Shown piece after piece: positions 14,500 to 28,125 of a stretch of DNA of 64,000 nucleotides (positions are counted from its first letter, which is position 1; each line of letters begins with the position of its first letter). The translations under genes were made by a program, and so were the position numbers. The stretch covers positions 87,358,001-87,422,000 of the forward strand of contig OX597817.1 of NCBI GenBank assembly GCA_951406725.2. The letters run 5' to 3'. Under the pieces are notes generated by a model. It was given only the letters and a program-made list of their open reading frames with translations. It was not told the origin of the DNA and ran no database searches. This DNA is from Octopus vulgaris. Taxonomy: Eukaryota.

Positions 14500-16720
14500 T
14501 GTCTTAGAAACGGCGAGCTTGTAGTGACTTGGAGTTGCCTATAGTTATTAATGAACTTAAGAAAGTGCTTCTATGTATTCGTTCGACCTATCAGAAAAAG
14601 CAGCGTCATTTTCTCAAATATACTTCATTAAATATACTCTACTTCATTAAGAAAGGAAGGACGCATTGTAAGGTCCTACAAGAGAACGGCGCAGAATTTC
14701 AGAACGAGCCCCACTACAGTTGTTCATCTTTCACAAAGAGGATTCTTAATAGACGAGGTGATTAAAAAGCATTGTGACAGGCATATTAACGGTGAAAATA
14801 ATGTTCGTCATGTCTTCAACGCGAAACATGGAGATTGCGTTTTCTGAGCTTGAGTGCATGCTCTCAGATACGAAGATGCATAAGGTGTTATACGGACCCT
14901 AGTGACACGGGTTCAACGTGAAAGCAATACCATAATTAAGTATTTGACGGGTTATAACTGGATCGTGGTTGGTTTTCTTGGAGCACACTGCTCGAAAATT
15001 TGAAGACAGTGGTGAATCAAAAAGTGGATGTTAGAACTTACCTCGATGGCTTGCTACGGCTCTTGGCAGAAAAGATGGAATGTTGCAAAATACCAATATC
15101 AGAATAAATTTCCACGTGTAGATGGTCTGCATTACAAGATTTATGAATGTATTCCAACTTTTATGTTCCTGTCTTGGCAGACCAGATGTCTGTCACAACA
15201 GGCAGCAACTCCCATGACCATTGCATATTTCCTGAAAACGGTGAACTCGATGCTCCTAATGTTTTGTTTAAATTGCAGCAAGTCAAAACTATGAGTGAAT
15301 TCTAAAAGAATTCTAAAGGTCCTGGTAAGGAAGATTGAGATGGCGATTAGTGCTAGGCTTGGTGGTCGAACACAGAATGAGTAACGAGAGAGAGAGAGAG
15401 AGAGACGAGTGTGTTGGAAGTGAATGGGTGGAGGAAATACAAGACATGATAGCTTTGGGAAAACAGAGACCATAAAGAGTACAGTAGAAAAGACAGAGGA
15501 GATAACAAATTTGAGCCAGGGGTGTCTGTCAGTGATTTAATGCCAAATTGGTCGAGTGACCCTTCTCTAGATACGGTGTAGGGCAGAAATAGAAAATGTA
15601 TACCTCATTTATTATCGCCACTGGCCGGCTTGGTTCAGCAGGTGTTTTACTTTATGTGGAAGGGTCGTTTTATGCTTGTCTGTTGGTTCACCTATCACCA
15701 ATAGTCTCAGTGCTGAGTGTTCCATTTGCCGTGACCGAGGATATTCAAGCACATACTGAGGCTGCGTTATCTACAGAGATTCCTGGGCAGTGTGCAAGAA
15801 AGGTCGCTGTTGGTCAGGCATATCTTACTACAGCTCAAAACTGTGACTAAGCTGTAGTACAGGGTCAATTAAAGACTACGACTGGGCACCTAGAAATTGG
15901 AATGTCGGTGATACGACCAGTAGATGTGAAAAATCGCAATCTATAGGAGTCATGGAAAGAGGCGACGACGCTTTCGAGTATGCTTCAGGCTTCGACAATA
16001 GTCTTCTCTAGAGGACTTTTAGCCTGTCATTTATGCATAACTTCCAGATATCCCCGAGTTTGTAGTTATATTACAGGCGTTGCTAGCTCGAGAGAAACTC
16101 TACAAGCACGGATGTAAAGTTAACCCTACCTGTCCGTGAAGCACAGAGTTGAAAAGCTGTTCGACATGTTCCCGTTTTATGTCCGAACATTTCTGACTCG
16201 TGGGCTACTGCCTGCTAATTCTTTTCGCCTGTGAAAAAGATCTCGCTATCAACCGATTCCATCGTTAAAATCACTCCATCTTCCTTTGTGCAGGAAGTGC
16301 AGGCAATTTTTTAGTCAGATGACTCTAGAGAAAGGTATTGTTTGATGGACAAAATTGAAAAGACGGAAGACAGTTTCATCTTCAGCCTAGTCTTCACCAA
16401 CTTCAAGTTCTTCAACAAGGAAAAGGAAGTGGTACCTTCCAGTAAGTGTGAGGGAGGATTATGGCCTGATCAATGAATTTACTGTCATTATATACTTGTA
16501 GGCCGGAGAAGGAGCCTTTTACTTAGAAAAAAAGATTACTACTCTTATCGAACTCTTTGTTATCATTTTATAAGAACATTTCAATTCCTTTATTTTATCC
16601 TTACACACTATTGTTTTTTGCATTTTATTCAATTCTTTATAAAACCCACTGTTTTTGATATTTGTTTCTGTAATACTTCTGCAGTATTTCTTTCCGTTCT
16701 TTACATTCAAATACTACCCA
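14500..16720 (+). mobile_element. Heavily decayed L1/Tx1-like LINE
   Basis: PRVDGLHYKIY (cf. PGxDGLPYEFY) at ~15110; FYFMWKG at ~15645; ALLAREKLYKHGCKVNPTCP* (zf-RVT-like) at 16077-16139; T-rich 3' UTR. Confidence 0.55.
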
Positions 16721-17187
16721 CGTCTTTATCTTTCATCAGTTCGGAATCGATAGAATAAAGTACCTGTTTAGTACTAGGGTTGATGCAATGGACTACCCTC
16801 CCTCCTAAACTTGCTGGCCTTGTGCCAAAAATTTGAAAGAATTCACTGACAAGCTGAATTGACTTTACATCCAGGCTTGTAGAATTTCTCTCGAACTAGC
16901 AATGCTCGTAATGTCATCACAAGATCAAGGATATCTGAAATTTATTCATAAATGACAGGCTAAAAGTCCTCCAAAATAGACTTCGGGGTCGGGGTTGAAT
17001 TAACCGACTAGCCCCCTCCCTTAAATCCTTGGCTTTGTGCCTAAATTTAAAACCATTACTATTACTATTATCTCTTTATACAAAGTTTTGTTGGAGCTCC
17101 TGAAGTTTTGTACGCGTAGCGGGCTTACTACCTGCAGCCTACGGTACCATGCTATTCGTTCTTTTCAGCAATATAATACTTTCCTAA

Positions 17188-17245
<58 letters not shown>

Positions 17246-17269
17246 TATTATTATTATTATTATGTTAAG

Positions 17270-17485
17270 TAGCAAGCTCGCAGAATCGTTAGAGCGTCGG
17301 ATAAAATGCTTTATGTTACTTCTAGGTTTTTACATTGTGAATTCAAATCTCGTCGCGGCTGACTTTGCCTTTCATCCTTCGTCGTTGATAAAATAAAGAA
17401 TCAGTCAAATACTTGGGTTGACTTTTATCAATTAAGCCCTCTCCTTTCACATCTGATGGCCTTGAGCCTAAACACAAACCGTTAT
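17270..17485 (+). mobile_element. SINE family B
   Basis: gcaagctcgcagaatcgttag..ttcaaatctc..gactttgcctttcatccttcg; preceded by (ATT)n. Confidence 0.7.
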
Positions 17486-17638
17486 TAGTATTATTGTTGT
17501 TGTTGGTGGTGATGGTGTTAAAGATATAAGCGGCAAGAAAACGGTTGCATGGTAGTAGTTTGGTGAGCAGTGAGAAAATTGTACTTACAAAATGTAAAAT
17601 GTAACATAATGTTCAACGCAATGTAGTAATACAATTGC

Positions 17639-17677
<39 letters not shown>

Positions 17678-18994
17678 AGGTCGTGGTGGTGGCAGCACAG
17701 TACCGGCAATAACAAGTTGCTTTTGTTATTTTTCCACAGTCAACAACTAAGAAGAGAGTCAGCGCGTACAGCTGAGAATAATTCTGGCACCGACTTTTGC
17801 CCAATATGTCTGCCACTATTGGAAATAAATTCGTGTGCTTCTTGTGATGGCGTCGTAAAACTGCATGAAATAAAAGTTAGTAAATTATATTCGATTTTTA
17901 TCATAGGTACGTATACGTTGAACCTGCCGATTGAAATGAAACCATTTGAAATGTTCTGTTTTACAGAAAATAGAAAAAATGTGATTAGCAGTTGGAAACA
18001 TCTTGACATTGGCACTAATAATAAATTATGTAATATAAGTCCTTCATATAATTTTAATAACTAATTTTCTGATATATTCCATGAAAGCCAACGATCATAT
18101 TCTAGAATTACAAATTATCAGATGGCGTTTATGCGAAGGTAGATTTTGTTTTGCTGCAAATGTACATATCACCTTATCTCTGGCGGCTTCCCATCGACAA
18201 GGGATCGGTTCTGGTTTGAAGTATTTTACAGTTCATTCCTAAGAAGATAAATAGACCTCACTGCACATTGCATTCTTTTCAGAGTTTGATGGATTGTTGC
18301 TGTTGTAATTTATTTCGTATCACACTTGGTCAACAATAATATCCTTGTTGTATCTGGGGAGAGTCATATGACCTTGATATATTTAAAACACTCACCGGTT
18401 CAATTTCCACTCATTCATTTGTTTATTTATGCATTTATTTTTTATCTGTTCCAAAAAGCTTTTTCGTTGCTTTTGCAACCTTATCAATGGATATCCATTG
18501 ATAAGGTTGCAAAAGCAATGAAAAAGCATTTTGGAACAGATAAAAAAAATAACAAATGAGTGGAAATTGAATCAGTGTGTTAAATATATTAAGGCAATAT
18601 GACTATCCCCAGACACAACGGAATTTGCTTCAACACACGAATTCACATAAAGAATCTTGCAAACCAGATACAAAAACGAAAAAGCATCCTTGGTTATGGG
18701 TTTCAGAGCGGAACAAACAGTATTTCAACGCATTTCTTACTGCGGCAATGATTACAGAGTCCCTGAGCAACTAGAAGTGAAAATATACAACGGGAGTACT
18801 TTTATTCGAAAACACCGGATAATTGTGCTTTTTTTCCTGCCGTTTTCTTTTCTTTTCGATTTTCTTGCTGATTGTTACAGCTTTCGGCAATATACAGCGA
18901 CGAAAGAAGTCAATAACAAATATTACCTATAGGTCGGTACTACGATTAGGTATTGCACAGAACTCTAAGCAACAGCATTATTATATATTTTTTA

Positions 18995-19375
18995 TATCAT
19001 TTACTTGTTTTAGGCATTGGCCTGCGGCCATGCTTGGGCATCGCTTTGAAATTTTTTGTCGAACGAACCGATCCCAGCTTTTATTTGCTTATTTTTAAGC
19101 CTAGTTACTTATTTCATCGGTCAGTTTTTGGCAAACTTCTACGATATGGGAACATAAACAAACCAACACCGGGAGGGGACAAACAGAGACACACACACAC
19201 TCACACTCACACGCGCACACACATTTACTACAATCTACTTTCAGTTCATTTTCACTCTCAAGGCGTTCGTCGCCCCGGGGCTCTAGTAGAAGATACCCAA
19301 AGTGATGTGCAGTGGAACTGAACCAAGACCACGTGGTTGCGAAGCAAGCCCCTTAAGCATACAGTCTCGCTTGCA
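18995..19375 (-). mobile_element. SINE family A
   Basis: Full layout matches the other family A copies, with an internal (CA)n. Confidence 0.75.
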
Positions 19376-19455
19376 CTTTTCATTTTTATTGTGGTTTTCC
19401 GATAACGAGACCGATTAAAAGTGTTGGCGTCATACTTTTCACGTCAGTTATATAA

Positions 19456-20310
19456 CGAGCTGGCAGAAACGTTAGCACGCCGGGCGTAATGCTTAGCGGT
19501 ATTTCGTCTGCCGCTACGTTCTGAGTTCAAATTCCGCCGAGGTCGACTTTGCCTTTCATCCTTTTGGGGTCGACTAAATAAGTACCAGTTACGCACTGGG
19601 GTCGATATAATCGACTTAATCCCTTTGTCTGTCTTTGTTTGTCCTCTCTGTGTTTAGCCCCTTGTGGGTAGTAAAGAAATAGGTATTTCGTCCGCCGTTA
19701 AGTCCTGATTTCAAATTCCGCCAAGGTCGACTTTGCCTTTCATCCATCATTTCGGGGTCGATAAATTAAGTACCAGTTACGCACTGGGGTCGATGTACCA
19801 GTTATGTACTGGATCGATATAATCCCTTTGTCTGTCCTTGTTTGTCTCCTCTATGTTTAGCCCCCTGTGGAGGCTGCGAGCTGGCAGAATCATTTGAATG
19901 CCGGGCAAAATCCTTTGCGGCATTTCGTCTGTCTATATCTTCTGAGTTCAAATCCCACTGAGATCGACTTTGCCTTTTATCCTTTCGTGGTCGATAAAAT
20001 AAATACCAGTTGAGTACTGGGGTCGATGTAATCGATTATCCCATCCTTCTAACTTGCTGGTCTTGTGCTAAAATTTGAAACCAATATATAACATGTGTGA
20101 AGGCTGCGAGATTGCATGCCGGGCGAAATACTTAGCAGCATTTCGTTTGTCTTTACATTCTGAGTTCAAATTCCGCCGAGGTCGACTTTGCCTTTCATCC
20201 TCTCGGGGTCGATAAAATATGTAAGTGCCACTTGAGCACTGGGTTTCGATGTATTCAGCTCAATCCGTCCCTCGAAATTGCTGGCCTTGTGCCAAAAATT
20301 GAAACCAATT
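19456..20310 (+). mobile_element. Cluster of head-to-tail SINE family B copies (dimer 19456-19870, monomers ~19875-20085 and ~20100-20310)
   Basis: A-box-like tggcagaaacgtt, B-box gagttcaaattcc, and the central gactttgcctttcatcc..ggggtcgataaa..agtaccag repeated four times. Confidence 0.9.
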
Positions 20311-21134
20311 TATCAAATTTGTCATGGCAGTGATCATAAACTCTCCGAGAGGATGACGGAAACGCATTTTAAGACTTCGTGGAAGTGAAAATGAACAAAA
20401 CACAGCGGCTATAAAAGGTTACCAACCACATACTTTCCCAAAATAACCAAGTATTCCATTCATTCGTTAATAAAAAAATTAAAAAATTATTAGACTTGGT
20501 CCGAACTATTTTTCAATAAGATCTCTTCCTAAAAATATTAATTTAAAAAGGTAAAATTTGAATTCTACGAAACAGAGAGATTTAATAATTACTCTTCATT
20601 TCATTTCATTTAACCGTTTTTAGATCTCCTGGCAGCATTGACAGCATCAGCGAGCTCTCATATTTCCATAATTAACAAACCCTTTACCTTATTCTACGTT
20701 TCCCCTTTAACTCTATTTTACCTGGCCTACATTTCTTTATTGTTCCCTGCATTCTATATCTCCCCACCACCGTCACTTTCCGAATACGTCTACCTCTCCC
20801 TTTCTGCCCTTTCCCTTTCACCATCTGCCAATCATTCACTTCACGTTATTCATGTATCCCTTTACAACCTCAAGACTTCCTTCACCCCCTTCTCCCCATT
20901 TATATTTTGCATCTCCTCCATCTCCCCTTTTATACTTTCTCTTCCCTTTTATACTTCACTGCGTCTGCTCCCCACACTCTGTAATTACGTTCGTTTCTCT
21001 TCAATTTTTCTTTTACTTCCCCGTTTTCTTTTTTCTTTATATTTGCACCTCGTTATTTTTTTTGCTACTTCATGAGCAACATCATCATCACTTCCTCCTA
21101 CTCCTCCTCCTCCTCCTCCTCCTCCTCCTCCTCC

Positions 21135-21168
<34 letters not shown>

Positions 21169-21253
21169 ATGATCGGCAAGTCTCTACCATCATCAAGATC
21201 AGCATTATCAGTATTCTCTAGATTATTATCTTCTTTTTCTTCTTCTTTTTCTG

Positions 21254-21302
<49 letters not shown>

Positions 21303-21684
21303 GCATTCTTTTTTTCTTCTCTCCTTCTACCCTTCTGTTTCTGCTAGTCTTACTTCCATAGTCTTCTCATGTGATTTACATCTCCCACTAGTTTTAACAT
21401 TCTACTCCAGGATGAAAAACTATAGAATCTGGAGAGAAAACGAAACTCCCCCAGGTGCCCTACGAATCCGGTCTGTCTCTGCCCTCCAGACGTGACATTT
21501 TAAGTCATTTCTAGTCCTGGATCTTAGGTCCCTATACAGAAGTACATCTTATTCTAAGCATCAAATCTTTTGTCTAGAGATAGTAATTTCCCTTCCATCC
21601 ATGTGTTGAAGATCCTGAATAATAATAACAACAACAGCAATAACAACAACAACAACAATAACATAAGCAATAATAATAAGGATA

Positions 21685-22100
21685 AGATGGGCTACGGCAA
21701 AAATTCTGCTCAATACCACAAATTTGCTTGTCAGTTGTATAGCCTTAGCCAGTCTAGCATGCCCCTTAGTAGATAACGATATGTACATCTCTGATCACAA
21801 GCAGAAGTAGTGAGGGAGCATCATAGTCATGTCTTGAGAGGAATTCTTTGGAGTTTGGACAACCCACCTTTGGAAAAATGGGTGTTTTGTTCAACATCCT
21901 TAACCCATATTTAGGGAATTTTTTGAGCGGGATAGGCTACTCGACCTGACGAAAATTCTAACTAGGCCCCCACCTGCAAAATCATGCGCCGTTTATCTTG
22001 ACATAAGATCATTATGCCGAACACGTATGGTTGTAATGCATGTGTCTGGTATACCCTTATCAGACGGGTAGTCATGATACGTATACTGGGCTTCGTATAA
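21685..22100. mobile_element. Probable interspersed repeat between (AAC/AAT)n and (ACT/AAT)n tracts
   Basis: GC-richer island bounded by trinucleotide repeats; family not identified and single copy in this window. Confidence 0.35.
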
Positions 22101-22109
22101 TAATAAACA

Positions 22110-22110
22110 A

Positions 22111-22183
<73 letters not shown>

Positions 22184-22211
22184 CATTATTATTATTATTA
22201 TTATTATTATA

Positions 22212-22288
<77 letters not shown>

Positions 22289-22290
22289 TA
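22110..22290. repeat. (ACT)n-(AAT)n-(ATT)n compound microsatellite
   Basis: Directly visible; the AAT and ATT tracts are mutually inverted. Confidence 0.95.
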
Positions 22291-22324
22291 ATATTATCAT
22301 AATAACAATCCTTTCGAGTGGAAG

Positions 22325-22565
22325 CACAAAGCCTCAAATGTGTGGGGAGGGAACTAGTCGATTACATCGACCTCAGTGTATCACTGGTACTTAATTACAG
22401 ATTACATCGAACCCTAGTGCTCAAGTGGTACTTACTTATTTTATCGACTCCAAAAGGATGAAAGGAAAAGTCAACATCGGCGGAATTTGAACTCAGAAGG
22501 TAGCGGCAGACGAAGACCGCTAAGCATTTCGCCCAGTGTGCTAACGATTCTGCCAACTGGCGACC
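22325..22565 (-). mobile_element. SINE family B
   Basis: Reverse-complement match to the 19456 copy. Confidence 0.8.
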
Positions 22566-22884
22566 TTTTCCCTATTACTTTTTACGTATTTCAGACATTG
22601 GACTGCCGACCCCGGTGCTTATTTTTAAAGTCCAATACTAATACTGCCGGTTCCTTTTCCCGAACTGCTAAACTACGGGGACGTTAACAAGCCAACACCA
22701 ATTGTCAAGAGATATTGGGAGGGAGAAACTCAAAGAAGCACCTACATACATGCATACTCCACACACATCCATGTATATACATACATACACACACACATAC
22801 AGTTGTATATATATATATATATATACCTTCGTCATGGACCGCTGAGTCTTACTGAAACACATATGGCTTCCATTGAATACACTG

Positions 22885-23654
22885 TCTATTCAGGACTTAA
22901 CGATTATTTCCAGCACTGCAATGTAGACGGCAGAGTTAACTCTAAGGCCTTGTGGAAAGAAATAAGGAAGCATTATATGTCCCTCATTGCCGACAACCCA
23001 TATAACCATGACAGTTGCAGGAAATTTTTTTATGCATAACACTTGGAACTTCAGAAGGGTCTGCACATAGCCATCTGTCATTTCTTCTGTTAACTTTTTC
23101 ATCTTGGTCGAAGTTTTTCTCGTTTCAGAAAAACCAAATCAAATCTTCTGCTAGATTTTCAGTTTGTTTAAGAGCCTTTTAGATCTGATGTAATGATTTT
23201 CTTTTGCTTTTTCTGACAAATTGACCTTCCTCGTCATATAAGACATCTGATGTCTTTGCGGACAACATTTCTGACTGTCCCTTCTGACACATGGAAACAT
23301 TTTGCAATTGACCTCATGGACTGTTGAACTTGCTGGATAAATCCAGGTGTTCTGATGATTTCAGAGAGTTTAGAATGCTTTTTATGCTTTGATACTGGTG
23401 ATACGTTTCCATCTTCAGTCTCTAGCTCTTTACAAACTTTGTACACGAAAGATCTGGCAACTTTTAAAATCGAAATATTTCTAAATCCCTATGCTCAGCC
23501 TTTATAACCACAATAACAGCATGCCTCTTCATTTCTTGAGTAAGCTGAGGGTCTGCCCTTATTATTTTCTGAAACAAAGATTATACAGAGTTACCAAAAA
23601 ATGCAGCAATGACCCAAAAAAGGGTATGTCCTCAAATGCCTACCCACCCTGTAT
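22885..23654 (-). mobile_element. Tc1/mariner (maT/DD37D-like) transposase relic, 5' part with terminal repeat
   Basis: ORF pieces IRTPGFIQQVQQSMRSIAKCFHVSEGTVRNVV (HTH) and KFPATVMVIWVVGNEGHIMLPYFFPQGLRVNSAVY; terminus TA-CAGGGTGGGTAGG at ~23640-23654. Confidence 0.8.
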
Positions 23655-23704
23655 ATATATCAGAACGAATAACGAAGCAACGTTCATCAATAAATATAAT
23701 ATAG

Positions 23705-23975
23705 TGGATTTGGTTGACGGAAACTGAAAGAAGCCCGTCGTATATATATATATATGTGTGTTTGTGTGCTTGTGTGTCTGAGTTTGTCGCCCCAACATCA
23801 CTTGACAACCGATGCTGGTATGTTTACGTCCCCGTAACTTAGCGGTTCGGCAAAAGAGACCGATAGAATAAATACTAGGCTTACAAAGAATAAGTCCTGG
23901 GGTCGATTTGCTCGACTAAAGGCGGTGCTCCAGCATGGTCGCAGTCAAATGACTAAAACAAGTAAAAGAATAAAA
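23705..23975 (+). mobile_element. SINE family A, 5'-truncated
   Basis: gtggatttggttgacggaaactgaaagaagcccgtcg...ggcggtgctccagcatggtcgcagtcaaatgact. Confidence 0.85.
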
Positions 23976-24240
23976 GTATACTTCACAAACTTCTCAACAA
24001 TAGCCAAATTGCAAAAACGTGGAGTTCGATGAACTACCGCCAGTAGTTGAACTGGGCGAAACACAGCCATATATAAGATTAAAAAAAGGGAGTAAATGGT
24101 GTTTTAAAAAGGGAGAAAAAAGATTAAAAAAAGAGTAAACAAAACGATACTAATAGGAAAAAAAACATTGAATAAGATTATAAACGTAACGTTGGGGCGC
24201 ATGCACCCATTTCATCACCATCTTTGGTATGATATTAAAG

Positions 24241-24597
24241 TGGACGTTCAGGAAAGGAAAGAAAAGGAAGAGGATTTCACTTTTCGAGCGGAGCTCTTCA
24301 TCAGAAATATAGAAAAAAGTCCAAAGAAGGGAAGACAGAGATAGAAAATCGGCAACGATACACACGCGCTCACATATTTTTTTCAATATGTGAGCGCGTG
24401 TATCGTTGGCGATTTTCTTTCTCCGTCTTCCCTTCTTTGAACTTTTTCTCTATTTCTGATGAAGAGCTCTGCTCGAAACGGGAGATCCTCTTTCTTTTCT
24501 TTCCTTTCCTGAGTGTCCAGTCCAATAACACTGTACTTATTCCACGTCCTCGCGTTGTTATTTTTTCTCGCTTGATCATGTTTGTTTTGACTATATA
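24241..24597. mobile_element. Penelope-like pLTR in inverted arrangement, each arm with a minimal type I hammerhead relic
   Basis: Arms 24241-24378 and 24385-24519; ATTT CTGATGA A GAGC nnn GCTC GAAA at 24452-24479 (+) and 24282-24308 (-). Confidence 0.7.
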
Positions 24598-24672
24598 CTG
24601 CACGCTCACATGGACCGAACCCTGGAGTAACCAATTCCTGGAATTCATTACCTCCGGATTACGCCACTCTAA

Positions 24673-24732
<60 letters not shown>

Positions 24733-24738
<6 letters not shown>

Positions 24739-25070
24739 GTTCGAAAAGTTTGATATCATTTGATATCACAGAAACTACATAGTCAAAGCAACTGAAACTA
24801 AACAACATTAAAGTTGAGCAACATAAGATTTACTCCAAATTTGAATGAGAAATTGAAAGGTATGTGGATTTCATGAACGATTTCACAATTGTTCAATAAG
24901 CGCACCGCCCGGGACATGGCACACGTGAAGTCGGTAGTTCAGCTCGTCCCAAACACGCTGCGGCATGCCTTAGCTAAGTTTCCATTGGAGTAGTGATTCT
25001 CTGCTCGAGTTCCTCTAGGTTTGCAGGAAGAGTGGGGGAACATAGACCAGGCCTTTCACATAGCCCCATG
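24733..25070 (-). mobile_element. Tc1/mariner transposase 3' end with terminal repeat
   Basis: Minus-strand WGYVKGLVYVPPLPANLEEL...MPQRVWDELNYRLHVCHVPGGALIE; terminus tagggtgttcgaaaagtt next to (TA)n. Confidence 0.8.
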
Positions 25071-25609
25071 TTTGGGCTTTCGCTTGTCATCTGCCGTTAT
25101 GGCCTGAACGAGCTGTAGCTTGTAGGGTTTCATTAGCAAGTGTTTCCTCATGACGCACCAAACTGTCGTTGGAGGAATCTGGGTTTCCAGACTTGTTCTT
25201 CTTATAGACTTCTTGCGGCTTCACAAGAGTTTTTGGTGAACCCGCTCGATCGTCTCTTCCGATGTTAGCGGAAACGACTTCTTGGTCCATATGACTTTCT
25301 TTCTCTCGTCACCTATATTATATAAAGACCTAATCACAACACTCGTGTCTTTATCCCTAGTGCTGCAGGCCCCTGAAACTTTCTCTCTCTCTCTACACAC
25401 ACGAACATATTGTTTTCCTGCAGTCGTCAAATGCACGCGAGTAAGATGCAAAACAAGTTGGCAAATTGTAGTACCCGAATAACGAATGTAGAGTAATATG
25501 CTTTTATTAAATCTGCAAAATCTTCACACATGTTTATATGTGCAAGAGAAAAGCGAGAGTTATTTGTCTGTGCATATATAAAAATATATATGCATGAGAA
25601 AGCGAGAGG

Positions 25610-25860
25610 CATTTTGGATAATCGTGGCCATCAGTGAAGCTATGGGATTGTGAAGATGCCGATTAGTCTCTCTTTCAACACCTCTCCAAACGTAGTAGTC
25701 CATGGCATTTAAATCTGCTGAGTCTGGAGGCACAAGTTTGGTATTACATAATCATAAAAATTGTCTGATATCCATTCTTGGGTTTCATGATATATTGGAA
25801 CTATGTCTACTTCCAGGGATGGTAGAAAAATCGCTTGGCAGCAATATTACACAACTATGT
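25610..25860 (-). mobile_element. maT/DD37D-like transposase C-terminal fragment
   Basis: ETQEWISDNF..PPDSADLNAMDYYVW (cf. WPPxSPDLNPxDYxVW). Confidence 0.65.
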
Positions 25861-27115
25861 ACAAACTAATTGGGAAACCTGTATGTGGTTCTTCAAACTG
25901 GTAGAATTAGTGGCCAAATCTCCCAACCAACCATCTTAAAATTGGTTTCATCGAATAGTGTAGTCTCCTACATAAATTCTGGCTTAAAGATGAGATGGTC
26001 ACGACTGGAACGCTTTTGACTTACTCGATCAGATATCAGATGAGGTAAACAATAAAAACAAAAACATAATCACCTACATAAAAAAACTTACTACACGCAC
26101 ACACAAATACACACAAACACACTCATACACACATTCTCACTTTTCACAAACTCACTTTCCCTCTGTGGTTTATCTACTTTCTACTATCAGCAGAGCACTA
26201 TCTCTGTCTCCTTCACACAAACTCTTCTCCCGCTTTCTCTCTCTTCTTCTCTCTCTCTCTCTCTCTCTTTTCTCTATCTCTTTCTCTTCCTCTCTCGCTT
26301 GCTCGCTCTGTAATACGCAGGCACTTCAAATACACTTCATAAACACTTCACGTACATATATACAAACGCGCTCTCCCTCCCCTTCCTCTCCTCCCCCTCA
26401 TCATTACTCTCCTTTGCTCTCCCTTCCACTTCTTCTCTCACTTCTTTCCCCTCCCTTTCCCTCTCCTCATCTCCCTCTCCCTCTCCCTATCTCTTCCTCT
26501 CTGTATCACGCATACAGGCTCTTCACGCGTACTTCTTCAGTACTACACACTCTCATATATCCACATACTTACTCTCAAATATCATCAAGCCCCACATGTT
26601 ACTACAACAATCATATCTCTATCAAACCCCTCCTCTCTATAGTTGCTACCCTTGTTAATATTTTTCTTCGTGTCGGACGACAGTCACCTATCAATTTTGC
26701 TTTCCTTGTACAACAACAACAAACAAAACCAATTTCAATCTCATTATATGGTTTCTCAGTTTTAATTATGACTCCATCTTTGTGTCTTTTTGTATATTTT
26801 TCTATGCATATTCCTTTGTAATTAGTTGTTTTATATTTTTTCCTTTTCTTTTTTGTTGTTACTTTAATAAATTATCTCGTTACTTTCACGAAATATTTTC
26901 TCAATCAGCAAATCGATTCTTTTTTATATTTCTTAAATGTTTTTTGTTTGCTTGTTATTTTTTTTTTTACTTTTCTTTTCATTTTCCTTCCGATTTCTTT
27001 TCACTTTGTTTTTCTGTTTTCCTGTAATTGTCTTTACATGACTCTCAGCATGACTTTTTTCTTTGTCACTCTCACTCCATGTTTCTCTCCGTCTCTTTCT
27101 CTCTTTCTCTCTCTT

Positions 27116-27169
<54 letters not shown>

Positions 27170-27242
27170 CATACATACATATATGTGTATATGTAAGTAT
27201 AGAAAGATAGCTAAATAGGCAGGCAGGCAGCCGGCCAGCCAA

Positions 27243-27323
<81 letters not shown>

Positions 27324-27493
27324 GTCATGATCTTGTGTTTGCGTATAATTTTACATACAAAACAGGTTTATCGACAAAATAATAATAAACTAATTATCAT
27401 AAGAGTATATCTATTGCATGTGTATGTACATACATGTTTGTGTGTGTCCGTGTGTGTGCGCTCGTCTATGCTTATATATTTGAGCAATTATTG

Positions 27494-27527
<34 letters not shown>

Positions 27528-27818
27528 AGTTTGTTAATTGAATGATGTGCCACTGTGTCTCAGTTATCTCCATCACAGTTTCTAGTTGGTCATCGTCCGA
27601 CGGACCGTCAATTTATGCCTGACCGCTTAATGGAATTCGAATGCACTGCTGTGTTAAAAAAAGTAAAAATTTATTTTCAAGTCAGCATCTACTGATTAAT
27701 TTTCTGATTAAAAAATGCATCGTTAAAATTTAGATGTTAAAGTTAAAATATGGAATGTTTCCTCGTTGCAAAATTTGTAAAATATCTCTGCTTCTAATAT
27801 GTTTCGCTTTCTCTTCCA

Positions 27819-28125
27819 GGCGCAGACATGGCTGTATAGTCAAGAAGCACTCTCGGCGAACTCGAGCTTTTGAGTTCAGTCCCGCAATGCGGTACCTTGG
27901 GCTAGTGTCTTCTACTATAGCTCAGATGCCGTCCATTGCCTTGTGAGTGAATTTGATAGACAACGGGAACTGCGAGAGCGCCTGTCATATATGTGTGTGT
28001 GTTTGTGTGTATGTGTGTTATCGGTATTGGTTTTTTACGTCCCCAAAAGATTAAGTACCAGACTTGAAAAAATATGTACAGGTGTCAATTTGTTCGATTA
28101 AACCTTTCAAGGTTGTGCCCAACCA
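27819..28125 (+). mobile_element. SINE family A
   Basis: tRNA-like head ggcgcagacatggctg..gagttcagtccc, then accttgggctagtgtcttctactatagc. Confidence 0.75.

Noticed and set aside
26165-26821. 218-aa S/L/P-rich ORF
   Set aside because: Stop-poor only because of the CT-rich composition; non-ATG start and no homology.
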